From: an uncultured bacterium
Lineage (GTDB): Bacteria; Planctomycetota; Planctomycetia; Pirellulales; UBA1268
DNA length: 31,326 nt
NCBI GenBank assembly: GCA_937959175.1
Contig: CALGAS010000257.1
Coordinates: 1 to 31,326 of the forward strand
Direction of reading: 5' to 3'
The first letter of the stretch is position 1, and every line of letters begins with the position of its first letter. Shown piece after piece: positions 17,689-25,161 of the stretch. The translations under genes were made by a program, and so were the position numbers. The notes under the pieces were generated by a model. That model did no database searches, was not told the origin of the DNA, and was given only the letters and a program-made list of their open reading frames with translations.

Positions 17689-18810
17689 ATGAACGCCGAA
17701 TGTCCGCCGCCCTCGCCGTCGCCTGCCCCCGCCGGCTGTCTGCCCGCCTCCGGCTTTCTGCTCTGCAGTTGCCAGGGCGGTGCCGAGGCGGCCCTCCGCG
17801 GGCGTGCTGCCGCGGTGCTGCCGGCGGCCCGGCCGGCCGTCTGGCGGCGGGGCCTTGTCACCTTTCGGCTGCCCGCCGGTGATCTCGGGGCTGGTGCGGA
17901 GAGGCGGTCGCTCGATGATCTCGCGGCCGAGTTGGTGTTTGCCCGGACGGTCATTCATTCGCTCGGGCAGGTCACCGGGGCCGACGATTCGAGCCTCGCG
18001 GCAGCGGCGGTCGTACGCGCCGGCCGATCTGACTGGCAGGGGGTGCACGTCTGGAGCCGGGCAGGCCGTTCTGGCGTCGCCGTGGTTGATGAGCAGGTGG
18101 CCGCGGCCCGCGCTGCCGTGGTGGCCGCCTGCGGCCTGCCGAGCGAGACGGCCATCGTCGCTGAGCCGGGCTGCCGCCTGCTCGACTGCGTCATCGATTC
18201 ACCGGACCGCTGGTGGGTGGGCTGGCATCAAGCTGCCGGGCTGCCGAGTCGCTGGCCGGGCGGCAACTATCCGCCCGCCGCGCAGCCGTTGCCTGCAGGT
18301 CGAGTCTCACGGGCCTGGCTGAAGCTCGACGAGGCGATCGCCAGTTTCGAACTACCGCTCGTCCGCGGTCAGCGGGCCGTGGAACTTGGTGCCGCGCCAG
18401 GCGGTGCCAGTCAGCGACTCCTCGAGGCGGGCCTGCGGGTCGTGGGAGTCGATCCCGCCCTTGTCGATCCGACGGTGGCCGGAGCCTCCGGCTTCACGCA
18501 GTGGCGGATGCGGGCCCGCGAGGTGCCGCTGCGTCGCTTCAAGGGCACCGACTGGCTGGTGGCCGACATGAACATCGACCCCACAAGCACGCTCGACGCC
18601 CTCGGCCGGATCGCCACGGCCGAGGGCGTGCGGCTGGAGGGCATCATCGCCACCCTGAAAATCCCCCATTGGTCGCGGGCGGTGGAACTCCCCGCCTGGC
18701 TCGATGCCTTTCGCGGATGGGGCTTCCTGCCCCGGGCTCGTCAGCTTTCCAGCAGCGGCCGGGAAATCTGCGTCGTCGCCCTCCGCTCGCCCGCCCGTCA
18801 GCGGTCTTGA
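17689..18810 (+). CDS. SAM-dependent RNA 2'-O-methyltransferase, RlmM/FtsJ-like, 373 aa
   Basis: VSRAWLKLDEA, VELGAAPGGAS, VVGVDPA, WLVADMN and IATLK (K-D-K catalytic pattern of the FtsJ/RlmM family). Confidence 0.8.
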   Translation: MNAECPPPSPSPAPAGCLPASGFLLCSCQGGAEAALRGRAAAVLPAARPAVWRRGLVTFRLPAGDLGAGAERRSLDDLAAELVFARTVIHSLGQVTGADDSSLAAAAVVRAGRSDWQGVHVWSRAGRSGVAVVDEQVAAARAAVVAACGLPSETAIVAEPGCRLLDCVIDSPDRWWVGWHQAAGLPSRWPGGNYPPAAQPLPAGRVSRAWLKLDEAIASFELPLVRGQRAVELGAAPGGASQRLLEAGLRVVGVDPALVDPTVAGASGFTQWRMRAREVPLRRFKGTDWLVADMNIDPTSTLDALGRIATAEGVRLEGIIATLKIPHWSRAVELPAWLDAFRGWGFLPRARQLSSSGREICVVALRSPARQRS

Positions 18811-18889
18811 TCTCCGGTTCTGAAAATCGAGTTTCAGGGACACGGCGTTTCGGGCGAGGCGTCCAGGGCTCCAGACCCGGTGGCACGGT

Positions 18890-19729
18890 CTACGCCTCGG
18901 GCATCCGCTCGTGATCGCCCCGCCAGACATCCTCCGGTGGCGTCAGGCTGCCTGAGACGACAAGCATCCTGCCGGCAGCGGTGTCGAGCACGAGCCTGCC
19001 GTCGGGAGCGAGGCCGCCGCAGCGGCCCTCGTGGATCTCGCCGTTGATATGGACGCGGATCGTTCGGCCGGTGAGGCAGCAGAGCGGCCGGTAGCGTTCA
19101 ATCAGGCCTGCCGGATCGCGGCAGACATCCTCGAGCAGCTGCAGCAGCCGCGGGATCAATGCTTCGAGCAATCGTTGCCGGCCGAGCGATCGACCGACGA
19201 GATCGGGAAGGGTGGCGACCCGGCCGGCGATCGCTTTCGGAGTCGAGGCGGCCGAGCCGGTGGTGTTGATGCCGATCCCGAAGATCACCCGCCGGTGGCC
19301 CGCTCCTTCGACCAGGATGCCGGCGAGCTTTCGACCGTTGACCTCGACGTCGTTTGGCCAGCGAACCTGGGCCTGCACGGCGGGCTCGAGGCTGCGGATC
19401 GTTTCGGCCACCGCAACCCCGCAGGCCAACGACCAGGCCGGCGGCGGCCCGCTTCCGGTCTGATCGGCGGACACGACGATGCTCACCGCCAGGCTGCCGG
19501 TCGGCTGCCACCAGCGGGCGGCCCGGCGGCCGCGGCCGGCGAGCTGCCGGTCGGCGATCACCCCACAGGGGAGTCGGCTCGTCGGATCGTCCGCGATCTC
19601 GCGGGCCCGATCCATCGTCGATCCTGCCTCGGCCAGCCGCTCGCAGGCGGCCAAGCGGTCCGGGCCGAGCAGGGCAGCCGGGTCGAGCGGGTCGATCAGG
19701 TCGTTGTCGGTGTCTTCGTGGCTGGGCAT
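18890..19729 (-). CDS. birA: Biotin--protein ligase without N-terminal HTH (group I BirA-like), 279 aa
   Basis: STMDRA, ADRQLAGRGR, GSLAVS, VRWPNDV, RKLAGILVE, GIGIN and a C-terminal SH3-like region (GLAPDGRLVL). Start moved to ATG 19729. Confidence 0.88.
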   Translation of the reverse strand: MPSHEDTDNDLIDPLDPAALLGPDRLAACERLAEAGSTMDRAREIADDPTSRLPCGVIADRQLAGRGRRAARWWQPTGSLAVSIVVSADQTGSGPPPAWSLACGVAVAETIRSLEPAVQAQVRWPNDVEVNGRKLAGILVEGAGHRRVIFGIGINTTGSAASTPKAIAGRVATLPDLVGRSLGRQRLLEALIPRLLQLLEDVCRDPAGLIERYRPLCCLTGRTIRVHINGEIHEGRCGGLAPDGRLVLDTAAGRMLVVSGSLTPPEDVWRGDHERMPEA

Positions 19730-19991
19730 CGGCAAGGGCGTTTGGGCATTCGTGCAGACGGGATCGCATGCCTGTGCGGCCCGGAGCACGTGGGCCTCGG
19801 CTGGCGGGGCACTGTCTGTGCGTCCCGAGATTTGGGGGAGGCAAGCCGTGCGCCCGGGACGGCGGCAGGCCCGCTGGTGACCGGGATCAAAGTCTGGGAA
19901 AAAGAGGCGGGCTGGCAAGCCGTGAGCCCATGTTTGCAACCTGGGCAAGGTAGGCTGACGAACACGCTCCGGGAACTCTCGCTCGGACTTC

Positions 19992-20015
19992 GGCAGGCTC
20001 CAAGCCTGCCTCCAC
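19992..20015 (-). repeat. Single REP-like element GTGG-A-GGCAGGCT-TGG-AGCCTGCC
   Basis: 8-bp perfect palindrome preceded by GTGG on the minus strand, which is the REP architecture. Only one copy in the window. Confidence 0.35.
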
Positions 20016-20172
20016 GGTGTCCGCTTCCGCCGGGATGGGTCTGAGGGAGCCGCTGCGGGCTTGATTCTCCCGCCTGCCGCGTGGTACTTCCCGCGGGCTC
20101 CGAGCAGTGTGTGTCGGGGCTCTCTGTCCGCTTTCCGCCGGCATCGACCTCCCCGCCGGCCTCCCGGCGCCC

Positions 20173-21405
20173 ATGCATCCGTCACGGAGAATCCTGCTTG
20201 CGGTCATCGCGTCGCTGGCGATCCCGCTGGCGGCTCGCGGACAGACCGCGGCCCTGCCGCCGCCAGCCGCCTCGTCGGTCGATCGCCTGGCCCAGGCGCC
20301 CCCCTCGCTGGCTCCGCCTCCCTCAACGTGGGATCCGTACGCGCCGCAGGCAACCCAGGCGGTGCCGGCCACTGCCCCGGGCAGTTCCAGCTGGGCGCCA
20401 TCCGGCATGAGCGGCCAGCCCGGTTACCCGGGCTACTCGACGGCTGCTCCCTCGCTGGCGCCGCCGGCAGCTCCGCCGCAGGGCACCTACGGCCCGCCCC
20501 CGGGCACCTACACGCCGGCCGGCTACGCCGCACCGAGTTCGACCTTCGACCAGACGGTGCAGCAGACCTACGCCCAGACGATGCATGTCTTCCAGGGCGT
20601 CCGCGGCAGCTGGGCCTACCTCCTCGGTGACGGCCAGGGCACCAACGTCGGCATCAACGAACTCGACACCACCGCCACCTTCGCGCTGCCCTTCTTTCAC
20701 AACTCGCCGGTCAACGTCAACCAGGCCCCGCTGTTGATCACACCCGGCTTCGGCCTCCAGCTCTGGGACGGCCCCCAGACCTCGCCGACGTTGCTGGCCG
20801 ACCTGCCTCCCAACACCTACGACGTGTTTGTCGACACCGCCTGGAACCCGAAGTTCACGCCGCTGTTCGGGGCCGAGCTCGGCATCCGGGTCGGCATCTT
20901 CACCAACTGGGACGTCCTGGTCTGGGAGAGCTGGCGCATCATGGGCCGGGCGATCGGCACCCTCCAGATGACGCCGACGATGCAGGGCAAGGTGGGGATC
21001 GTCTACCTCGACCGAAACCAGGTCAAGCTGCTGCCGGCCGTCGGCATGACCTGGACCCCCAACGCCGACAGCCGCTACGACATCTTCTTCCCGGCCCCGC
21101 GGGCGGCCAAGCGGTTCGGGGCGACCCGGCGGCACAACTGGTGGGGCTATATCTCGGGCGAGTACGGCGGCGGCGCCTGGACCTTCCGCCGCAACACGCC
21201 GCTCTACAACATGATCACGGGCTTCGACTACAACGACATCCGGATCGCCCTGGGTACCGAGTGGGTGCCGTTGGCCCGCACCGGCTTCGCCGGCAACTTC
21301 GAGGTGGGCTACGTCTTCTACCGTCAGCTCTTCTACGTCGAGGGTCCGCCGCAGATCCAGGACCTCCCCGACACGATCATGTTCCGTCTCGGCCTGGCCT
21401 ACTGA
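20173..21405 (+). CDS. Hypothetical exported protein, probable outer-membrane beta-barrel, 410 aa
   Basis: Sec signal (RRILLAVIASLAIPLAARG), Pro/Ala/Tyr-rich linker, amphipathic strand-like repeats, and C-terminus IMFRLGLAY with a terminal aromatic residue (beta-signal-like). Confidence 0.75.
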   Translation: MHPSRRILLAVIASLAIPLAARGQTAALPPPAASSVDRLAQAPPSLAPPPSTWDPYAPQATQAVPATAPGSSSWAPSGMSGQPGYPGYSTAAPSLAPPAAPPQGTYGPPPGTYTPAGYAAPSSTFDQTVQQTYAQTMHVFQGVRGSWAYLLGDGQGTNVGINELDTTATFALPFFHNSPVNVNQAPLLITPGFGLQLWDGPQTSPTLLADLPPNTYDVFVDTAWNPKFTPLFGAELGIRVGIFTNWDVLVWESWRIMGRAIGTLQMTPTMQGKVGIVYLDRNQVKLLPAVGMTWTPNADSRYDIFFPAPRAAKRFGATRRHNWWGYISGEYGGGAWTFRRNTPLYNMITGFDYNDIRIALGTEWVPLARTGFAGNFEVGYVFYRQLFYVEGPPQIQDLPDTIMFRLGLAY

Positions 21406-21437
21406 TCCGCGGGCTCGGGGTGGGCCCGTATTCCGTT

Positions 21438-21585
21438 CGTCCTCAGTTTGGAAAAGGGTACAGGCACCTCACTTCGCTCGGAGCCAGTCCCCTTTTCCAT
21501 AGAAGCCCCCCGGCGCGAGCCGGGGGGACGGCGGGCCGTTGGGCCCTCCCGGTCCCCGGAAGCCCGAGCAACCGTACCCCACCAA
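21438..21585. repeat. Composite palindromic repeat, copy 2 (inverted relative to 1-148)
   Basis: 140/148 identical to the reverse complement of 1-148. Lies between convergent genes. Confidence 0.9.
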
Positions 21586-21638
21586 CCCGCCTGAAACGCT
21601 GTCACCATCGAGCGACCCTTGGTGGCTCTCGACGGCCC

Positions 21639-21692
21639 CCGGGGGGACGGCGGGCCGTTGGGCCTTCCCGGTCTCCGGAAGCCCGCAAACCG
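21639..21692. repeat. Partial third copy of the composite repeat
   Basis: 21641-21685 matches 21522-21566 with 2 mismatches in 45 nt, direct orientation. Confidence 0.85.
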
Positions 21693-21743
21693 TTCATCAC
21701 CCACCCGCTCAATCCGCGTTCCCCACCGCCACACCGCGAACCC

Positions 21744-22907
21744 TCAGCCGGCACATGCCCGGGCGAGCCGGCGGAGAATCTCGGCGAGCCGATCGGTCGG
21801 GCAGGCCGTGTTGATCCGGATGAAGCCCGGCGCCCCGAAGCCCTTGCCGTCGGAGGGGCCGAGGCCGGTTGCCTCGCAGGCGGCCTGCGGGTCGGCGATG
21901 CCGGTCTCGCGGCAGTCGATCCAGACGAGATAGGTCGCCGCGGGGGCGATGCACCGCAGGCCGGCGATCGCCGCCACGGCGTCACAGACCATCTTCCGAT
22001 GATGCCGGAGCACGTCCACCAGCTCCCGCCGCCAGGCGTCGCCATGCCGCCATGCCGCCTCGGCCGCGGCGTAGCCGAGCGGGTTGATCATCGGCACCAG
22101 TCCCCCGCCGGCAGCCCGCCATTTCTTGATGATGCTCCGCTCCCGGCAGATCGCCGCGGCGCAGCCGAGGCCGGCGAGGTTCCAGGTCTTTGACGGCGCC
22201 ACCAGCGTGACGGCCTCCCGCGCCTTCTCGTGGTCCAGGCTCGCGAAGGGGATGTGCCGCGGGCCGCCGTGGGCGTCGTCGAGCAGCAGGTCGGACCAGA
22301 TCTCATCGCTGATGACCGTCAGGTCGTGGCGGGCGGCGAACTCGGCGATCCGCAGGAGGTCGGGTTCGCGAAACACCGTCCCGGTCGGGTTGTGGGGGTG
22401 GCAGAGCCAGAACAGCCTGGTCGTTGGCGTGACGGCTGCCTCGAGCCGGTCCCAGTCGATCGTCCAGGCCGTCTGCGAATCGACGAGCGGCACCTGGATG
22501 CTCTCGCGGCCGGCGAGTCCCGGCAGCGAGAGAAACGGCGGATAGACCGGGGTGAACGTGATGATCCCGTCGCCCGGCCGGGCGAGCAGCCGGGCGGTGA
22601 TCGCCAGGCCGTTGACGACCCCGGGCGTGCTGGTGATCCAGTCGGGCTCGACGTGCCAGCTGTGCTGCCGCTCAAGATGCTCGGCCAGCGCCGGCCGGAA
22701 GCCCGGCGGCATGTCGGTGTAGCCGAAGACACCGTGATCGACCCGGGCCCGAATCGCGTCGAGCACAACCTCGGGGGCCGGGAAGTCCATGTCGGCCACC
22801 CAGGTCGGGATCACGTCGCGGCCCGCCCAGCGGTCCCACTTCTCGCTGCCGGTCCCGTGACGATCGGGAGCGGTGGCAAAGCGAGGATTGGGCTGCGGGT
22901 CTGGCAT
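21744..22907 (-). CDS. PatB/MalY-family PLP C-S lyase (cystathionine beta-lyase-like), 387 aa
   Basis: GSEKWD, WVADMDF, HGVFGY, FTPVYPPF, LCHPHNPTG, ISDEIW, APSKTWNLAGL and ATYLVWID. Confidence 0.92.
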   Translation of the reverse strand: MPDPQPNPRFATAPDRHGTGSEKWDRWAGRDVIPTWVADMDFPAPEVVLDAIRARVDHGVFGYTDMPPGFRPALAEHLERQHSWHVEPDWITSTPGVVNGLAITARLLARPGDGIITFTPVYPPFLSLPGLAGRESIQVPLVDSQTAWTIDWDRLEAAVTPTTRLFWLCHPHNPTGTVFREPDLLRIAEFAARHDLTVISDEIWSDLLLDDAHGGPRHIPFASLDHEKAREAVTLVAPSKTWNLAGLGCAAAICRERSIIKKWRAAGGGLVPMINPLGYAAAEAAWRHGDAWRRELVDVLRHHRKMVCDAVAAIAGLRCIAPAATYLVWIDCRETGIADPQAACEATGLGPSDGKGFGAPGFIRINTACPTDRLAEILRRLARACAG

Positions 22908-22990
22908 CGGTGCACCTGAGGGGAAAACCGATGATTGTGCCGCAGCCTGAGCGAAGGGCAAACCGCTGTGCAGAGAACCAGCAGCCGAAC

Positions 22991-24298
22991 TCAGTATCGG
23001 TAGATCGCCGCGGCCCCGGTCGGGCAGGGCATGGCGGTGCTGGCCAGCGACACGATCTCACCCCCGTGGACGAGTACCATCTCGGCGAGTGAGCCCAGGA
23101 CGTCTTCAGTCCGACTGGCCGGCTGGTCGCCGGAGCGGGAGGGATCACCTGGCGGCTCGCCGTCGGTGTTGATCTGGCCTGTCGCCCGGTTGAATGAGCC
23201 GGGCACGAAGCGGTCGGCGTCGAGGAGGAGCGTGGCGATCCGGCCGGCCACCGCGGCGACGGCGATCGCCGGCAAATCCTCACCCGCCAGGCCCCGGTCA
23301 CGGGCCTGCTGAAAGGCCGCGATCTCCCGGGCGACCTGCCGAGCATGGGCAGCGGCGAAGACGGGAGCGACCTTCGCGGCGAGATCCTCCCGGCTCATCA
23401 GGTGTGGATCGAGCGGCACGTGCTCCTCAAGGAGCAGGGGATTACGGGAAAGGCCGCGGAAGGTGGCCGCCAGCGGGCCGGCGGCGACAAGCAGCAGGGG
23501 CAGGCCGGTCGGCCGGGAGACGCGGCCCTCCACCACCGCATCGACATGCCGCAGGAAGATCTCGGTGTCTTTGTCGATGTCATCTTGCTTGGAGCCGGCT
23601 CCGCCGTGAATCACGCGGGTGCCGGCTAGCCCACGGGGGCCGGTCTCCCGATAGACGCGGTGGGGCTCCCGGACGATCTGCTCGACGACCTCGCCCCGCT
23701 CGAGTCGTTCAGTTGCTTCGGGCTGCTCCCGGGGCTCGCCGACACCTGCCGTGGGCGACTCCTGCAGCGGGAAGGGGTCGAGTGGCCCGATGGTCACGTC
23801 GTGGGCCGCCGGCCCAGCGGCCACGTCGTGCCAGGCGGCTGCCTCGTAGACGTCCGCCTCGCGGCTGGTCAGGGCGAGGATCGTGAAGCGTTCCAGCGAG
23901 GCGACCAGTCGCACCAGCGGCAGGAGATGAAACCCGCCGCGCACCATCGCCAGCGGCTTGACGGGCCGCTGGAGCAGGAAGCCGGTCGCCTCGCCGTCGG
24001 CCGCGAGGATCGCCAGGCCGTCGCGGGTGTGTTCCCAGAAACGGCGATCGCTGTCGAGCAGATGAAAGGGCCGCAGCAGCCGCTCGATCTCGTCGCGAGG
24101 ATGCGACAGGCCCAAGGCGAGTTCGAGGGCCTCGACGAGATGCCGGTAGGCCGGGCGATCGACCGCGTTCTCCGGCACGTTGCGATGGGTCGGCAGATAC
24201 AGCGAGAGGCAGGGCGTCGCCGCCGGCTCGAACAACGGCCGGATCTGCTCGGCCGAGAGCGGCTCGAATCGGATCGGACAGGCCGCCGGCAGCGACAT
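22991..24298 (-). CDS. Bacterial archaeo-eukaryotic release factor family protein (baeRF3-like), 435 aa
   Basis: PCLSLYLPTH, FWEHTRDGLAI, FHLLPLV, FLRHVD, PLLLVA, AAVAGRIATLLL and LAEMVLVHGGEIV. SD AGGAG upstream of ATG 24298. Confidence 0.72.
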   Translation of the reverse strand: MSLPAACPIRFEPLSAEQIRPLFEPAATPCLSLYLPTHRNVPENAVDRPAYRHLVEALELALGLSHPRDEIERLLRPFHLLDSDRRFWEHTRDGLAILAADGEATGFLLQRPVKPLAMVRGGFHLLPLVRLVASLERFTILALTSREADVYEAAAWHDVAAGPAAHDVTIGPLDPFPLQESPTAGVGEPREQPEATERLERGEVVEQIVREPHRVYRETGPRGLAGTRVIHGGAGSKQDDIDKDTEIFLRHVDAVVEGRVSRPTGLPLLLVAAGPLAATFRGLSRNPLLLEEHVPLDPHLMSREDLAAKVAPVFAAAHARQVAREIAAFQQARDRGLAGEDLPAIAVAAVAGRIATLLLDADRFVPGSFNRATGQINTDGEPPGDPSRSGDQPASRTEDVLGSLAEMVLVHGGEIVSLASTAMPCPTGAAAIYRY

Positions 24299-24439
24299 GC
24301 GGGTGCTCCTGGAACAAGCGGCATCCGCTGCCTGAAAATCGCCGCGGCATTGGCCGCCGGGGAATCGCGGTAGAACTATTCGCAGGCTGGTAGCCGCGTG
24401 GCAACTCGCCGGCTTGAGAATCTCACAGCAGATCACTCC

Positions 24440-25099
24440 ATGAGCGGAGCAATCACCGACGGCGGGATCGCGATCGTGCCGGCCGGGGGCCGTTCCCGCC
24501 GCATGGGTCGGGCGGTCGGGCCCGGCGGCAAGGCGGCGGCGATCGGCCCCGGTGGCGACAGTCTGCTCGGGCGGGTCTGTAACACGCTGACCGAGGTGGT
24601 GCCGCGGGTGATTGTGGTCGCGGCGGACGGGCAGCCGCTGCCCGCCCTGCCGCCGCGGGTCGAGGTGGTCCGCGACAGTCGACCAGCCGCCGGGCCCCTC
24701 GCGGCGATCGCCGACGGGCTGCGGCACGCGGTCGCCACCGGGCAGCCGGGGAGAGCCCTGCTCGCTTCCTGCGATCTGCCCTGGCTTACTCCAGCGGTTG
24801 CCGGGTTTGTGATCCGCCAGCTCGCCTTGCCGGTTCGCTGGGTGGTGCCGGTGGTGGCCGGCCACCCGCAGGTGCTCCTTTCGGCGATCGCGACCGACCT
24901 GGCCGCCGAGGTCGAGGCGGCGGTGGTCGCCGGGCAGGCGAGTCCCCGGCGATTGCTGGCAGCGGTCATCCGCTCGGCTCCGGACTCGGTGCGGCTGATT
25001 GACGAGACCGCAATCGAGGCGGTCGACCCCGGCTGCCGCTCGTTTGCCGACATCGACACGCCCGAGGATCTCGCCGGGACTGACCCGCCAGCCGGCTGA
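24440..25099 (+). CDS. mobA: MobA-like molybdenum cofactor guanylyltransferase / NTP transferase, 219 aa
   Basis: IVPAGGRSRRMG..KA, RDSRPAAGPLAAI, ASCDLP, HPQVL and FADIDTPED. Confidence 0.82.
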   Translation: MSGAITDGGIAIVPAGGRSRRMGRAVGPGGKAAAIGPGGDSLLGRVCNTLTEVVPRVIVVAADGQPLPALPPRVEVVRDSRPAAGPLAAIADGLRHAVATGQPGRALLASCDLPWLTPAVAGFVIRQLALPVRWVVPVVAGHPQVLLSAIATDLAAEVEAAVVAGQASPRRLLAAVIRSAPDSVRLIDETAIEAVDPGCRSFADIDTPEDLAGTDPPAG

Positions 25100-25161
25100 G
25101 CGACGGCGACGGCAGGTTCGGCTTCATGGCAGAGGCGGAGCGGTCCTATACTCCGGCTCTT

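Noticed and set aside
17382-17689. Lysine-sensing attenuator controlling the downstream methylase
   Set aside because: The terminator is 150 nt from the stop. The best antiterminator pairing found is about 6 bp against a 14-bp stem. The downstream gene is unrelated to Lys synthesis and has its own -10 candidate. Not strictly excluded.
18820-18837. CTGAAA-N6-TTTCAG hairpin between convergent genes as a terminator
   Set aside because: The stem is short and AT-rich, with no U-tract. Too weak to call.
18890-24865. Long N-terminal extensions in the ORF track for birA (to 20185) and baeRF3 (to 24865); likewise MFS, gyrB and FMO
   Set aside because: The extensions are low-complexity Arg/Pro/Gly sequence, often overlapping neighbouring genes. 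Family homology starts at the downstream ATGs.
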